From the NCBI GenBank assembly GCA_030647775.1, contig JAUSJC010000010.1, positions 72,718 to 136,717 of the forward strand: a stretch of DNA of 64,000 nt, in the 5' to 3' direction. A program made the position numbers and the translations under genes. Of the stretch, positions 35,052 through 43,452 are shown piece after piece (the stretch's first letter is position 1; each line of letters starts with the position of its first letter). Below the pieces are notes generated by a model. That model had not been told where the DNA came from. It saw only the letters and a program-made list of their open reading frames with translations, and did not search any database. The stretch comes from Candidatus Curtissbacteria bacterium (GTDB taxonomy: Bacteria > Patescibacteriota > Microgenomatia > Curtissbacterales > GWA2-41-24).

Positions 35052-35672
35052 ATGAAAAACGATATGCCCAAAACCAAATCTAACAAAACGGCCGAAGGCC
35101 CTGAGCAAAGTCGAAGGGACCAAAAACACGTCGAAGACCTTGAGCGCAGTCGAAGGGCCGAAGACCCTGAGCAAAGTCGAAGGGCCGCAGGTCATGAGAA
35201 TGATCGAATGGAGCTCGAAAACCGGCTCAAGCGTGCCCTTGCCGATTACCAGAATCTGGAGCGCCGTGTAGAAGAAGAGCGCAGGCTTTTGGGTCAACTT
35301 TCGTCAGCTCTTTTGATCGAGAAATTTTTGCCGGTTTTGGATAATCTGGAAAACGCCCAAAAACATTTGAACGACGAGGGCCTGGAAATTGTCATCCGTC
35401 AATTTAAAGATATTCTGTCTTCCGAAGGTGTTGAAGAAATCGAGTCCGTTGGTGCTGCTTTTGACCCTCATCAGCACGAAGCAGCCGAAGTCCAGGAAGG
35501 CGAAAACGACAATACAGTTGTCAAAGTCTTGCGTAAAGGTTATAAAATGAATGATAAGGTTCTTCGACCTGCCCAAGTTGTTGTCGAGAAAAAATCCGCC
35601 GGCGACAGCCAATCAGACAGTCTTGGTCAGGGAGTAAAAGAAGAGGAGGTTAATTATTCTTCGAGCGAGTGA
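35052..35672 (+). CDS. grpE: Nucleotide exchange factor GrpE with repeat-derived N-terminal extension
   Basis: LKRALADYQNLERRVEEERR core; N-terminus contains three tandem ~21-nt units (35099-35186) encoding PEQSRRD/LERSRRA/PEQSRRA. Confidence 0.85.
   Translation: MKNDMPKTKSNKTAEGPEQSRRDQKHVEDLERSRRAEDPEQSRRAAGHENDRMELENRLKRALADYQNLERRVEEERRLLGQLSSALLIEKFLPVLDNLENAQKHLNDEGLEIVIRQFKDILSSEGVEEIESVGAAFDPHQHEAAEVQEGENDNTVVKVLRKGYKMNDKVLRPAQVVVEKKSAGDSQSDSLGQGVKEEEVNYSSSE
35099..35186. repeat. Three tandem copies of CCYTGAGCRMAGTCGAAGGGMC inside grpE coding sequence
   Basis: Same unit at 12891-12911, 57298-57318, 48497-48518, 45839-45862, inverted at 35693-35712. Confidence 0.8.
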
Positions 35673-35754
35673 AACGAGTCGAGAAGTTTTAGTTCTCGAC
35701 AAGTCTTCGACCGTGAGGCTCAGACCGAATCGGCTCGAACAATAAAAAACTAAT
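35660..35754. repeat. MITE-like element (CTTCGAGCGAGTGAAACGAGTCGAGAAG...GGCTCGAACAATA) spanning grpE stop and dnaK start region
   Basis: Family TIRs; encodes grpE C-terminal NYSSSE. Confidence 0.75.
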
Positions 35755-37695
35755 ATGCCAAAAATTATTGGAATCGATCTAGGTACTACAAATAGCGCAG
35801 TTTCGGTTGTGGAAGCCGGCAAGCCAAAGGTTATCCACAGCGCCGAAGGCCGCAACATTATTCCGTCTGTTGTCGACCCGCAAAAACATATCGTCGGTGA
35901 CGTTGCCAAACGCCAGATGGTCGTTAACCCCAAAACCACGATCTTTTCCATCAAGCGTTTAATGGGCCGTAAGTTTAAAGATGCCGAAGTCCAGCGCGAT
36001 CTCAAATGGCTCCCCTACGAAGTTAAAGAAGGCAAAATCGGCATGGCGGTAGTTTCTGTCGACGGCCACGATTACACTCCGCAGGAAATCTCGGCCATGA
36101 TTATTGGCAAAATTAAAGCCGATGCCGAAGCCTATCTCGGCGGCAAGGTAGACCAGGCGGTCATTACCGTTCCGGCCTATTTTGACGATTCCCAACGGCA
36201 GGCTACCAAACAAGCCGGCGAAATTGCCGGTCTTAAAGTCGAGCGCATTATAAACGAACCGACAGCCGCGGCTCTTGCCTACGGTCTGGATAAATCCCAT
36301 GCCCACACCATTGCCGTTTACGACCTTGGCGGCGGCACTTTTGATATTTCCGTACTCGAGCTTGGCGAAGGCGTTTTTGAAGTCAAGGCCACCAACGGCG
36401 ATACCCATTTGGGCGGTGACGATTTTGACCAATTAATTGTCCAGTTCCTCATCGGCCAGTTCAAAGAAGAATCCGGCATGGATGTATCGCGCGACCGTCC
36501 GGCTCTCCAGCGTTTGCGCGACGCCGCCGAAAAAGCCAAGATCGAGCTTTCGACAACGCAGGAAACGGAAATCTCGATTCCCTATTTAACCGCCGACAAC
36601 ACCGGCCCGAAGCACCTGCAGCTTAAGCTTTCCCGCGCCAAGCTTGAACAAATCGTTGGCGAACTTGTCGAAAAGACTCTCGGCCCTGTTGCGGCCTGCT
36701 TAAAAGACGCCAAAATCGATCCTTCCAAAATTGACGAAGTTGTTTTGGTTGGCGGTATGACCAGAATGCCCCTGGTTACCGAAAAAGTAAAAAGCTTCTT
36801 TGGCAAAGAACCCAATAAAACCATCAACCCGGACGAAGTTGTCGCCATCGGTGCGGCCGTCCAGGGCGCGGTTTTAGGCGGCGAAATGAAAGAAATGGTA
36901 CTTCTCGATGTTACACCGCTAACTCTCGGAATCGAGACTTTAGGCGGTGTCTCAACGGCACTAATTTCCCGAAATACCACCGTCCCAACATCAAAGACCG
37001 AAGTTTTCTCAACGGCTTCGGATAACCAGACGTCTGTCGAAATTAACGTCCTTCAGGGTGAACGCCCGATGGCCAGCGATAACAAATCTTTAGGAAGATT
37101 TATTTTAGATGGTATTCCGCCCTCCCCCCGCGGCGTTCCGCAGGTAGAAGTTACTTTTGATCTTGACGCTTCCGGCATCCTGCACGTTAAAGCCAAGGAT
37201 AAGGCTACCGGCAAAGAGCAATCCATAAAAATCACCGGCTCAACCGGTCTTTCCGAAGAAGAAATTCAAAGGATGACCAAAGAGGCGGAGGAGCACGCCA
37301 AAGAAGACGAAACCAAAAAAGAAGAAATCGAAATTAGAAACCACGCCGACACTTTGGTCTATCAGGCCGAAAAGGCCTTAAAAGACGGCGGTGACAAAGT
37401 CCCGGCGGAAGTTAAGACCGAAGTTGAGGAAAAGATAAAAGCCCTGAAAGAAATCCAGTCTTCCGCCCCGATAGAAGAAGTCAAAGCCAAAACCGAAGAA
37501 CTTTCAACCTCACTTTCAAAAATCGGCTCGTCCATGTATAGCCAAGGTCAACCCGGAGGTGCTGACGCAGGAAGTACCGAAGGCACTGACGCAGGAAGTG
37601 CAGCCAATGGCGAGACTCCGCCCGAAAACGGACAACCAGGAGCAGACGACAAAGCAGCCGGCGACGTCCAAGAAGGAGAAGTTGTTAAGGAATAA
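35755..37695 (+). CDS. dnaK: Molecular chaperone DnaK (Hsp70)
   Basis: [18 protein letters not shown], canonical Hsp70 throughout; 646 aa. Confidence 0.95.
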   Translation: MPKIIGIDLGTTNSAVSVVEAGKPKVIHSAEGRNIIPSVVDPQKHIVGDVAKRQMVVNPKTTIFSIKRLMGRKFKDAEVQRDLKWLPYEVKEGKIGMAVVSVDGHDYTPQEISAMIIGKIKADAEAYLGGKVDQAVITVPAYFDDSQRQATKQAGEIAGLKVERIINEPTAAALAYGLDKSHAHTIAVYDLGGGTFDISVLELGEGVFEVKATNGDTHLGGDDFDQLIVQFLIGQFKEESGMDVSRDRPALQRLRDAAEKAKIELSTTQETEISIPYLTADNTGPKHLQLKLSRAKLEQIVGELVEKTLGPVAACLKDAKIDPSKIDEVVLVGGMTRMPLVTEKVKSFFGKEPNKTINPDEVVAIGAAVQGAVLGGEMKEMVLLDVTPLTLGIETLGGVSTALISRNTTVPTSKTEVFSTASDNQTSVEINVLQGERPMASDNKSLGRFILDGIPPSPRGVPQVEVTFDLDASGILHVKAKDKATGKEQSIKITGSTGLSEEEIQRMTKEAEEHAKEDETKKEEIEIRNHADTLVYQAEKALKDGGDKVPAEVKTEVEEKIKALKEIQSSAPIEEVKAKTEELSTSLSKIGSSMYSQGQPGGADAGSTEGTDAGSAANGETPPENGQPGADDKAAGDVQEGEVVKE

Positions 37696-37922
37696 ATTTC
37701 AATTATCAAGCACCAAATATCAAACAATTTCCAATCTCAAAATCCCAAAGTCTTCGTCTAAGTTTATAATTTAGAAATTGAAATTTTGAATTTGTTTGTG
37801 ATTTGGAATTTGGAGTTTGGAATTTAACCAAAGATGGCTACAAAACGCGACTTAGCCCCGCAGGGATTTAAATTTAGTTATAATTCACAAACGAAATTTA
37901 AAGCGCGAGGAGCGCAGACTTT

Positions 37923-38762
37923 TTGAATGAAATGAAAAAAGACTACTATGAAGTTTTAGGTGTCGGTAAAAACGCCGGCGCAGACGAGCTTAAAAAGGCT
38001 TACCGTACTATGGCGCGTAAACATCACCCCGATGTTGATAAATCCCCGGGCGCCAACGAAAAGTTTAAAGAAATAAACGAAGCCTACCAGGTGCTTTCCG
38101 ACCCAAACAAAAAGCAGGCCTACGACCAAATGGGTCACGCCGCTTTTGAACCCGGTGCCGGCGGCTTTGGCGGCGGCGCGGGCCAGGGTCCGTTCCAATA
38201 CCAGTGGTCTAGCCAGGGCGGCCAGGGATTCGAAGGATTTTCCGACCCTTTTGATATTTTTGAAATGTTTTTCGGCGGCCAGTCGCCTTTTGGCCGCGAA
38301 GCCCGTTTACCCCGTTACCAAATCCAGATCGATTTCACGGAAGCCGTCAATGGCGTAACCAAAGAAGTAGAAATAGAAGGCAAGCGCCAGAAAATAAAAA
38401 TCCCGCCGGGTGTCGACGACGGCTCCGAAATCCGCTTTGGCAATTTCATAATCATCACCTCTGTGCGCCAGTCGCCAAAATTTAAAAGAAGGGGATACGA
38501 CATTATCACCGAACACGAAATTACCTTTAGCCAAGCCGCGCTCGGCACCGAAGCGCGGATCGAAACCGTCTACGGCCCGGTAACCATAAGGATTCCCGCC
38601 GGCACCCAACCCGGCACGCAAATCCGCCTCAAAGGCAAAGGCGTCAAGCACCCCAGCGGCCGCGGCGTCGGCGACCACTACGTAATTATTAGATTAAACG
38701 TCCCAACGCGATTGTCCAAGGAGCAAAAAAAGTTACTGGAAGAATTAGAAAATCAATCATAA
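37923..38762 (+). CDS. dnaJ: DnaJ-class J-domain co-chaperone lacking zinc-finger (type II/CbpA-like)
   Basis: DYYEVLGV...HPD J domain, G/F-rich linker, C-terminal substrate-binding domains, no CxxCxGxG repeats. Confidence 0.8.
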   Translation: MNEMKKDYYEVLGVGKNAGADELKKAYRTMARKHHPDVDKSPGANEKFKEINEAYQVLSDPNKKQAYDQMGHAAFEPGAGGFGGGAGQGPFQYQWSSQGGQGFEGFSDPFDIFEMFFGGQSPFGREARLPRYQIQIDFTEAVNGVTKEVEIEGKRQKIKIPPGVDDGSEIRFGNFIIITSVRQSPKFKRRGYDIITEHEITFSQAALGTEARIETVYGPVTIRIPAGTQPGTQIRLKGKGVKHPSGRGVGDHYVIIRLNVPTRLSKEQKKLLEELENQS

Positions 38763-38793
38763 CAGAATCAAGCAAAATAATCGAAGAACTAAT

Positions 38794-39285
38794 ATGACCG
38801 TAAAACTTGATTATATCCGCACTGCTGAACGGTGGCAGAGATATGGGGAAGAGTATTCAAAAGAGGGAAGAGAACATTGGAGCGACTTTATAAAGGCCTG
38901 TCTAAGTGTAACCACCTTTTTAATCGGTTTTAATGGTATTTGGCTTCAGATTAGAAAAGCACCACTCACGGACTTGGATAAAGCCTTATTTTTTTCAGCG
39001 TTTATTTACTTATGCCTTTCTTTAATATTCGGGCTTTGGGCAATTTTGGAAATGAATGCTTTTATGAATAAAATGGGTCGGTATTACGAAGAGAAATCAG
39101 AAGCCTTGTTCAAATTTATGCTCGATACTAGTACCGATAGAGGCGAGTCGTATCCTAATCACCTGCCCAAGAAAAACAACAAAGAATTCGAATTAATACC
39201 CTGGCCCTTTAAATATCAATTAGTCTGTTTGGGATTTGGGATCATTGCATCTACGTCACTGGGAATGCTATTTATTTTTAAGTAA
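38794..39285 (+). CDS. Hypothetical membrane protein
   Basis: 163 aa, 3-4 TM helices. Confidence 0.4.
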   Translation: MTVKLDYIRTAERWQRYGEEYSKEGREHWSDFIKACLSVTTFLIGFNGIWLQIRKAPLTDLDKALFFSAFIYLCLSLIFGLWAILEMNAFMNKMGRYYEEKSEALFKFMLDTSTDRGESYPNHLPKKNNKEFELIPWPFKYQLVCLGFGIIASTSLGMLFIFK

Positions 39286-39329
39286 CCCCAATTTTCCCGC
39301 CCGAATTTTTTTGGCTTTGATATAATTGC
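39286..39329 (+). promoter_or_regulatory. Cassette boundary/promoter motif copy 1 (degenerate): CCCCAATTTTCCCGCCCGAATTTTTTTGGCTTTGATATAAT
   Basis: Extended -10 TGATATAAT 39318-39326, 6 nt before ATG 39333. Confidence 0.6.
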
Positions 39330-39332
39330 TTG

Positions 39333-39659
39333 ATGCAAACAAAAATTATTTTGACAACCTCTACACTTATCATCGTATCTTTGCTTGTCGGTGCATTTTA
39401 TTGGTTTGTATCGAGACCTCAAGAGATTAGAAAAAGATGTTACAGTGAAATGTCCAGTTTAAGTGTTGATATTACTAAGCCCCCTAACGAAGCTTCCAGC
39501 TCTGTTTTTACTAGTACTCTCCCGCCACTAAGTAATGTAGGTCAACAAATACTTGAAGGTAAAAAACTAATTACCGATAAAGATAAAAATAATTATTACA
39601 GATCTTGCCTCGTAAAAAATGGACTCAAGCCCGAATCGCTATATGTGAATGTAAATTGA
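39333..39659 (+). CDS. Small membrane-anchored hypothetical protein (cassette 1)
   Basis: ~108 aa, N-terminal TM. Confidence 0.4.
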   Translation: MQTKIILTTSTLIIVSLLVGAFYWFVSRPQEIRKRCYSEMSSLSVDITKPPNEASSSVFTSTLPPLSNVGQQILEGKKLITDKDKNNYYRSCLVKNGLKPESLYVNVN

Positions 39660-39694
39660 GATTCCAATAAGTAAGCACAATTAGAATTTTAGTT

Positions 39695-39720
39695 CCCCAA
39701 ATTCCCCGCTCGATTTTGCT
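39695..39720 (+). promoter_or_regulatory. Cassette boundary motif copy 2 (CCCCAAATTCCCCGCTCGATTTTGCT; -10 part degenerate)
   Basis: Direct reading. Confidence 0.6.
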
Positions 39721-39742
39721 TTGAGTTGTCCCAAAAAGAAGC

Positions 39743-40378
39743 TTAACTGACCAATTCTCTTAGGTCTGGTACTTCTAAAACTTTTCCAAGTTCCCACTCA
39801 TTGCCATTAAAATCAAATCTCGGTATTGAATAAACGCTTCTTTGTCTTGATATTCCCCTAATAATTGGGCCCAAGCGTTGCAAGCTATTAAGCCTATCTT
39901 CGTTTCGTTTTCTGATTTGACCTTCTATTCCAGTATGTGCCGCTCCAATTACCGTTACAAGGTGGTTCAGACCTTCTACGTTTTTCATCAGCCATTCCTC
40001 TTTATGCGCGGTGATAGTTTCCCTGAGTCTTGAAGTTGGTCGAAAGGGCAAAAGGTAAATTTCTGGGAAAGCAATAAAACTCCTAATGCCTAAGTCTGCA
40101 TGATATACAGGGATTCGATACCTTTCCGCGTAATCAAGAACGCTAGAAAATTGCGGAAGAAATAGTCTGCCTAGCCCACTAAAATATTCTGGAAGCTCCT
40201 GTCCATATCTATCGGATGGCCACTCTATAACAAACGCGTCTAAATCGGGGGGAACAAAATCTAAATTTGTCCTTCGGTTGTGAGCACCATACACGATTGT
40301 GTAGACCCCTTCGGGCTTTTCGATTCGAGTAACTTTACTAGGGTCTTCTTGTCTTAAACGTTCATTCATAGCAAAAGT
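39743..40378 (-). CDS. TraB/GumN-like family protein (tentative; cassette 2, inverted)
   Basis: VYGAHN and VIGAAHTGIEG GxxH-type motifs; ORF-track N-terminus (to 40549) is antisense of neighbouring EamA TM region and boundary motif, so start placed at MNERLRQ. Confidence 0.35.
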   Translation of the reverse strand, partial: TFAMNERLRQEDPSKVTRIEKPEGVYTIVYGAHNRRTNLDFVPPDLDAFVIEWPSDRYGQELPEYFSGLGRLFLPQFSSVLDYAERYRIPVYHADLGIRSFIAFPEIYLLPFRPTSRLRETITAHKEEWLMKNVEGLNHLVTVIGAAHTGIEGQIRKRNEDRLNSLQRLGPIIRGISRQRSVYSIPRFDFNGNEWELGKVLEVPDLRELVS

Positions 40379-40417
40379 GGAGTATAACAGGAATAGTGAG
40401 CCAATTTCAACTATAGG

Positions 40418-40456
40418 CCCAAATTCCCCGCTCGATTTCCGTAACTTCTGATATAC
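40418..40456 (+). promoter_or_regulatory. Cassette boundary/promoter motif copy 3 (CCCAAATTCCCCGCTCGATTTCC...TGATATACT)
   Basis: -10-like TGATATACT 40448-40456, ATG 40464. Confidence 0.6.
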
Positions 40457-40463
40457 TTTTCTC

Positions 40464-41312
40464 ATGTCTTGGATCGTATTGGCACTAGCTAGCGTTATAT
40501 TTTTCTCTATTTCCGCGCTGCTCCAAAAAGTCTTGATGAAAAACGACAAAAGCGACCCGTACGCCTATTCCATAATGTTTCAATTCTTAATCTGGGCTGT
40601 GGCGGCAACCGTTGTTCTTTGGACTGGCTTTGTTATGCCCCCCATTAAGACATACCCACTCAATTTCTTGTTTTCGTCTGTTATGTACGGCCTTGGAACC
40701 ATTTGTGCTTTTAAGGCGCTTAAATATATAGAAGCTTCGGAATTCACAATAATAAGCTCTGTAAAAGCTATCGTTACGATTATTTCTGCTGTTTTAATTT
40801 TGGGTGAAGTTTTTGATTACAAAAAGGCACTTGGTACCGCATTGGTTTTAATTTCTGCATATTTAGTTACCCAAAAATCCAGAAAAATAAAGTTCAACAA
40901 AGGCACCCTTTATGCTTTAGGGACTGCGCTGACGTATGGACTCGCTATTACAAACGACACATTTCTACTAAAATATTCTGAAGTATTTTCGTATCTGACA
41001 GTTGGTAATCTAATCACAGTACTTTTTGTGATTGCAATAAAACCCACAGCGGTTAAAAATTTAAACCATTTTTTCGATCTCGCGATTCTTTCCAAAATGC
41101 TTATACTCGGCATCTTATATTCTTTTGGAGCAGTCGCCTTTTATTTGGCAATTCAAAGTGGTGCAGCAGCTTCTCAAATCTCGCCGATTTTGCAGACCTC
41201 TGTAATTGTCACGGTTCTACTCGCAGCCATATTTTTGGGCGAAAGAGACAATTTGGTTAAAAAAATCGCAAGCGCTATATTGGTAACAATTGGAGTAATA
41301 CTAATTAAGTAG
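40464..41312 (+). CDS. EamA/DMT-superfamily transporter (cassette 3)
   Basis: 282 aa, 10 TM, duplicated EamA domains. Confidence 0.7.
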   Translation: MSWIVLALASVIFFSISALLQKVLMKNDKSDPYAYSIMFQFLIWAVAATVVLWTGFVMPPIKTYPLNFLFSSVMYGLGTICAFKALKYIEASEFTIISSVKAIVTIISAVLILGEVFDYKKALGTALVLISAYLVTQKSRKIKFNKGTLYALGTALTYGLAITNDTFLLKYSEVFSYLTVGNLITVLFVIAIKPTAVKNLNHFFDLAILSKMLILGILYSFGAVAFYLAIQSGAAASQISPILQTSVIVTVLLAAIFLGERDNLVKKIASAILVTIGVILIK

Positions 41313-41313
41313 A

Positions 41314-41349
41314 CCCAAATTCCCCGCTCGATTTTTGCCCTGATATAAT
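41314..41349 (+). promoter_or_regulatory. Cassette boundary/promoter motif copy 4 (CCCAAATTCCCCGCTCGATTTTTGCCCTGATATAAT)
   Basis: Extended -10 TGATATAAT 41341-41349; ATG 41356 (leaderless). Confidence 0.65.
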
Positions 41350-41355
41350 CACCTG

Positions 41356-41931
41356 ATGACAAAACTTATTTTTATCACGCATCCCGCCGTCGATGTTGAC
41401 CCCACGATTCCTATTAATCAGTGGCATGTTTCCAAAGATGGACAAAAGCAAATTGACAACCTTTTGACATTGCCCTTTTGGTCGGAAGTAGATGTGATTT
41501 ACTCAAGCCAAGAAGGGAAAGCGCTGAATACCGCGAATAAGATCAAAAGCCATTTTGACCATCTCAAATCTCCGGCACCAGAAGGAACGTTTGATCTGCA
41601 CGAAATAGACAGAAGCGCAACCGGAGTTCTTCCAAAAGACGTATACGATAAAGCGATCGAAGAATTTTACCTGTACCCCAATAAAAGTTATAAAGGATGG
41701 GAAACAGCAAACGCGGCAAAAGAGAGGATTTTTAAAGTTGTAAGCCAAATTATTGATGATAACCCCAATAAAACTGTTGCCATCGTTGGTCATGGGGCCA
41801 CCGGAACACTCTTAGCCTGCCAGATTAAAAAAATCGAACCCTCTTTTGCCGAGGATCCGCACACAAACGGCTGCATTATGGTTTACGATTGGGACGAAAA
41901 GACAATACTTTCGCCCTGGACCAAGTATTAA
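41356..41931 (+). CDS. Histidine-phosphatase superfamily (PGM-like) protein (cassette 4)
   Basis: LIFITHPAV (RHG-position His) and VAIVGHGATG second His motif. Confidence 0.5.
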   Translation: MTKLIFITHPAVDVDPTIPINQWHVSKDGQKQIDNLLTLPFWSEVDVIYSSQEGKALNTANKIKSHFDHLKSPAPEGTFDLHEIDRSATGVLPKDVYDKAIEEFYLYPNKSYKGWETANAAKERIFKVVSQIIDDNPNKTVAIVGHGATGTLLACQIKKIEPSFAEDPHTNGCIMVYDWDEKTILSPWTKY

Positions 41932-41976
41932 AATTCCCCGCTCGATTTTTGGTCCCTTGATGAATTAATGTATAAT
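41931..41976 (+). promoter_or_regulatory. Cassette boundary/promoter motif copy 5 (AAATTCCCCGCTCGATTTTTGGTCCCTTGATGAATTAATGTATAAT)
   Basis: TATAAT 41971-41976 followed by AGGAAAGGA SD-like and ATG 41996. Confidence 0.6.
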
Positions 41977-41995
41977 TTATAGGAAAGGATTTAAT

Positions 41996-42187
41996 ATGTC
42001 TGCAATTGACCTTCGGAAAATCTTAAAAGAGAACAAATCTGGGTGGGTAGCTTTAACTCAAGATAACAAAAAGAAAATAGCGCAAGGTAAAACCCTCAGC
42101 GAAGTACTTAAAAAAGCCAAAGAAAAGGGAATCGAAAAGCCCAGTGTGTTTAAAGTTCCTTCTCTGGGCACTTACTATGTCGGTTAA
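41996..42187 (+). CDS. Small lysine-rich protein (DUF5678-like/antitoxin-like, tentative), translationally coupled to downstream protease (cassette 5)
   Basis: 63 aa; stop overlaps next start (TAATG). Confidence 0.4.
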   Translation: MSAIDLRKILKENKSGWVALTQDNKKKIAQGKTLSEVLKKAKEKGIEKPSVFKVPSLGTYYVG

Positions 42188-42642
42188 TGGATTTCAGCTA
42201 CACAATTGTCACTGACTGGCCTAATCATCAAGTTCGTCAACGCTATCTCCCTTGGATAAATATCGGAATTAAAAAACCTGGCAAAGAAGACACAATTTGG
42301 CCATTGGGACTTGTAGATTCCGGTGCGGAAATAACTATTTTAGATAGAGAAATCGGAGAAGAACTGGGATTTAACTTTAAAAAAGCGGCGAGAGACATAA
42401 TCACCGGTTTTGGTGGGGGTAAAGTAGAAGTGTTTCTTCTGCAAGCGGAATTCGTCATCGATGATAATAGTGGGAAGGAACCTATTATATATAAAGATTT
42501 GTTAGGATTTACAAAAGGCCAATTCCCTCAAACCCATCCACAGCAAACTGCCATATTTGGAACCATAGGTTTATTTAGAAATGCTCAAGTTAATTTTCGG
42601 TATCCGACTAATATTCATATAGAACAATTCAAAGCGAAATAA
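42187..42642 (+). CDS. Retropepsin-like (clan AA) aspartic protease
   Basis: GLVDSGAEITILD contains D-S-G-A catalytic motif; 151 aa size typical of bacterial/archaeal retropepsin-like proteins. Confidence 0.6.
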   Translation: MDFSYTIVTDWPNHQVRQRYLPWINIGIKKPGKEDTIWPLGLVDSGAEITILDREIGEELGFNFKKAARDIITGFGGGKVEVFLLQAEFVIDDNSGKEPIIYKDLLGFTKGQFPQTHPQQTAIFGTIGLFRNAQVNFRYPTNIHIEQFKAK

Positions 42643-42645
42643 TTT

Positions 42646-42689
42646 CCCCCAAATTCCCCGCTCGCGATATTTGCTTTTGATATAATCTC
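42646..42689 (+). promoter_or_regulatory. Cassette boundary/promoter motif copy 6 (CCCCCAAATTCCCCGCTCGCGATATTTGCTTTTGATATAAT)
   Basis: Extended -10 TGATATAAT 42680-42688; ATG 42693. Confidence 0.65.
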
Positions 42690-42692
42690 TTC

Positions 42693-43418
42693 ATGCAAAG
42701 CTTCACTTTTAATAGCGATAATCTCAAATTAGATGGGGCGCTTTTTTATCCCCCGATTAAAAAGGTTAAACACCCTGCTATTCTTTTTGTTCATGGTTGG
42801 ACGAGCGCGAAAGAAAGAAGTTTTCAGTATGCAGAAGCGCTCGCTGATTTAGGTTACATCTGCTTATTGTTTGACATGAGGGGTCACGGAACAAGCGAAG
42901 GCGATATTAATGCTTCTACTTTCAAAGACTTTCTAGAGGATGTTATGAGCGCCTACGATTATCTTTTAGGGACGAGCGGCGTTAATCCGGAGAATATCAG
43001 CTCCGTGGGATCAAGTTTTGGTGGATATCTTGTGGCCCTTCTTTCCTCAAAAAGAAAAGTAAAGAATTTAGTATTACGTGTACCGGCAGATTACCCTAAC
43101 GAATCGTTTAATGATCTTAAAAAATTATATAGTGGCGATGATCCGGAAGCAGTGAACTGGCGAAATCAGTCAAGGAAATCAACCGAAACATACGCGCTTG
43201 AAGCACTGAATAATTTTAAAGGCGATATCTTGATTATTGAATCAGAAAAAGATGATACAGTTCCTCATCAAACAATTGTAAATTATATAAACGCAGTCAA
43301 AGACAAAAACAGATTAACTCATATCGTTATGAAAGATGCCCCACACAGTTTAAAAGAAGGTAAATTTAGAGATGAGGTTGGGCGAATACTTGCTAAGTGG
43401 TTTCAAAATAAATCCTGA
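42693..43418 (+). CDS. Alpha/beta hydrolase (dienelactone hydrolase/peptidase S9-like) (cassette 6)
   Basis: GSSFGG nucleophile elbow, HGW...., C-terminal D and H. Confidence 0.7.
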   Translation: MQSFTFNSDNLKLDGALFYPPIKKVKHPAILFVHGWTSAKERSFQYAEALADLGYICLLFDMRGHGTSEGDINASTFKDFLEDVMSAYDYLLGTSGVNPENISSVGSSFGGYLVALLSSKRKVKNLVLRVPADYPNESFNDLKKLYSGDDPEAVNWRNQSRKSTETYALEALNNFKGDILIIESEKDDTVPHQTIVNYINAVKDKNRLTHIVMKDAPHSLKEGKFRDEVGRILAKWFQNKS

Positions 43419-43434
43419 CGTTTTTCGTTAGGCG

Positions 43435-43450
43435 CCCCAAATTCCCCGCC
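43435..43450 (+). promoter_or_regulatory. Cassette boundary motif copy 7 (CCCCAAATTCCCCGCC, truncated)
   Basis: Direct reading; closes the array. Confidence 0.55.
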
Positions 43451-43452
43451 AT

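Noticed and set aside
40379-40549. Long N-terminus of the minus-strand TraB-like ORF overlapping the EamA gene start
   Set aside because: That part is the antisense translation of the cassette boundary motif (KSSGEFGP) and of the EamA first TM helix. Start moved to an internal Met. Divergent overlapping CATG starts were considered but are not needed.
39286-43452. Classical integron (attC-bounded cassettes)
   Set aside because: The boundary motif lacks attC features (no R''/L''-L'/R' inverted core sites GTTRRRY). It sits at cassette 5' ends and carries a promoter. No intI-like gene in the window. Hence reported as a distinct cassette-like array rather than an integron.
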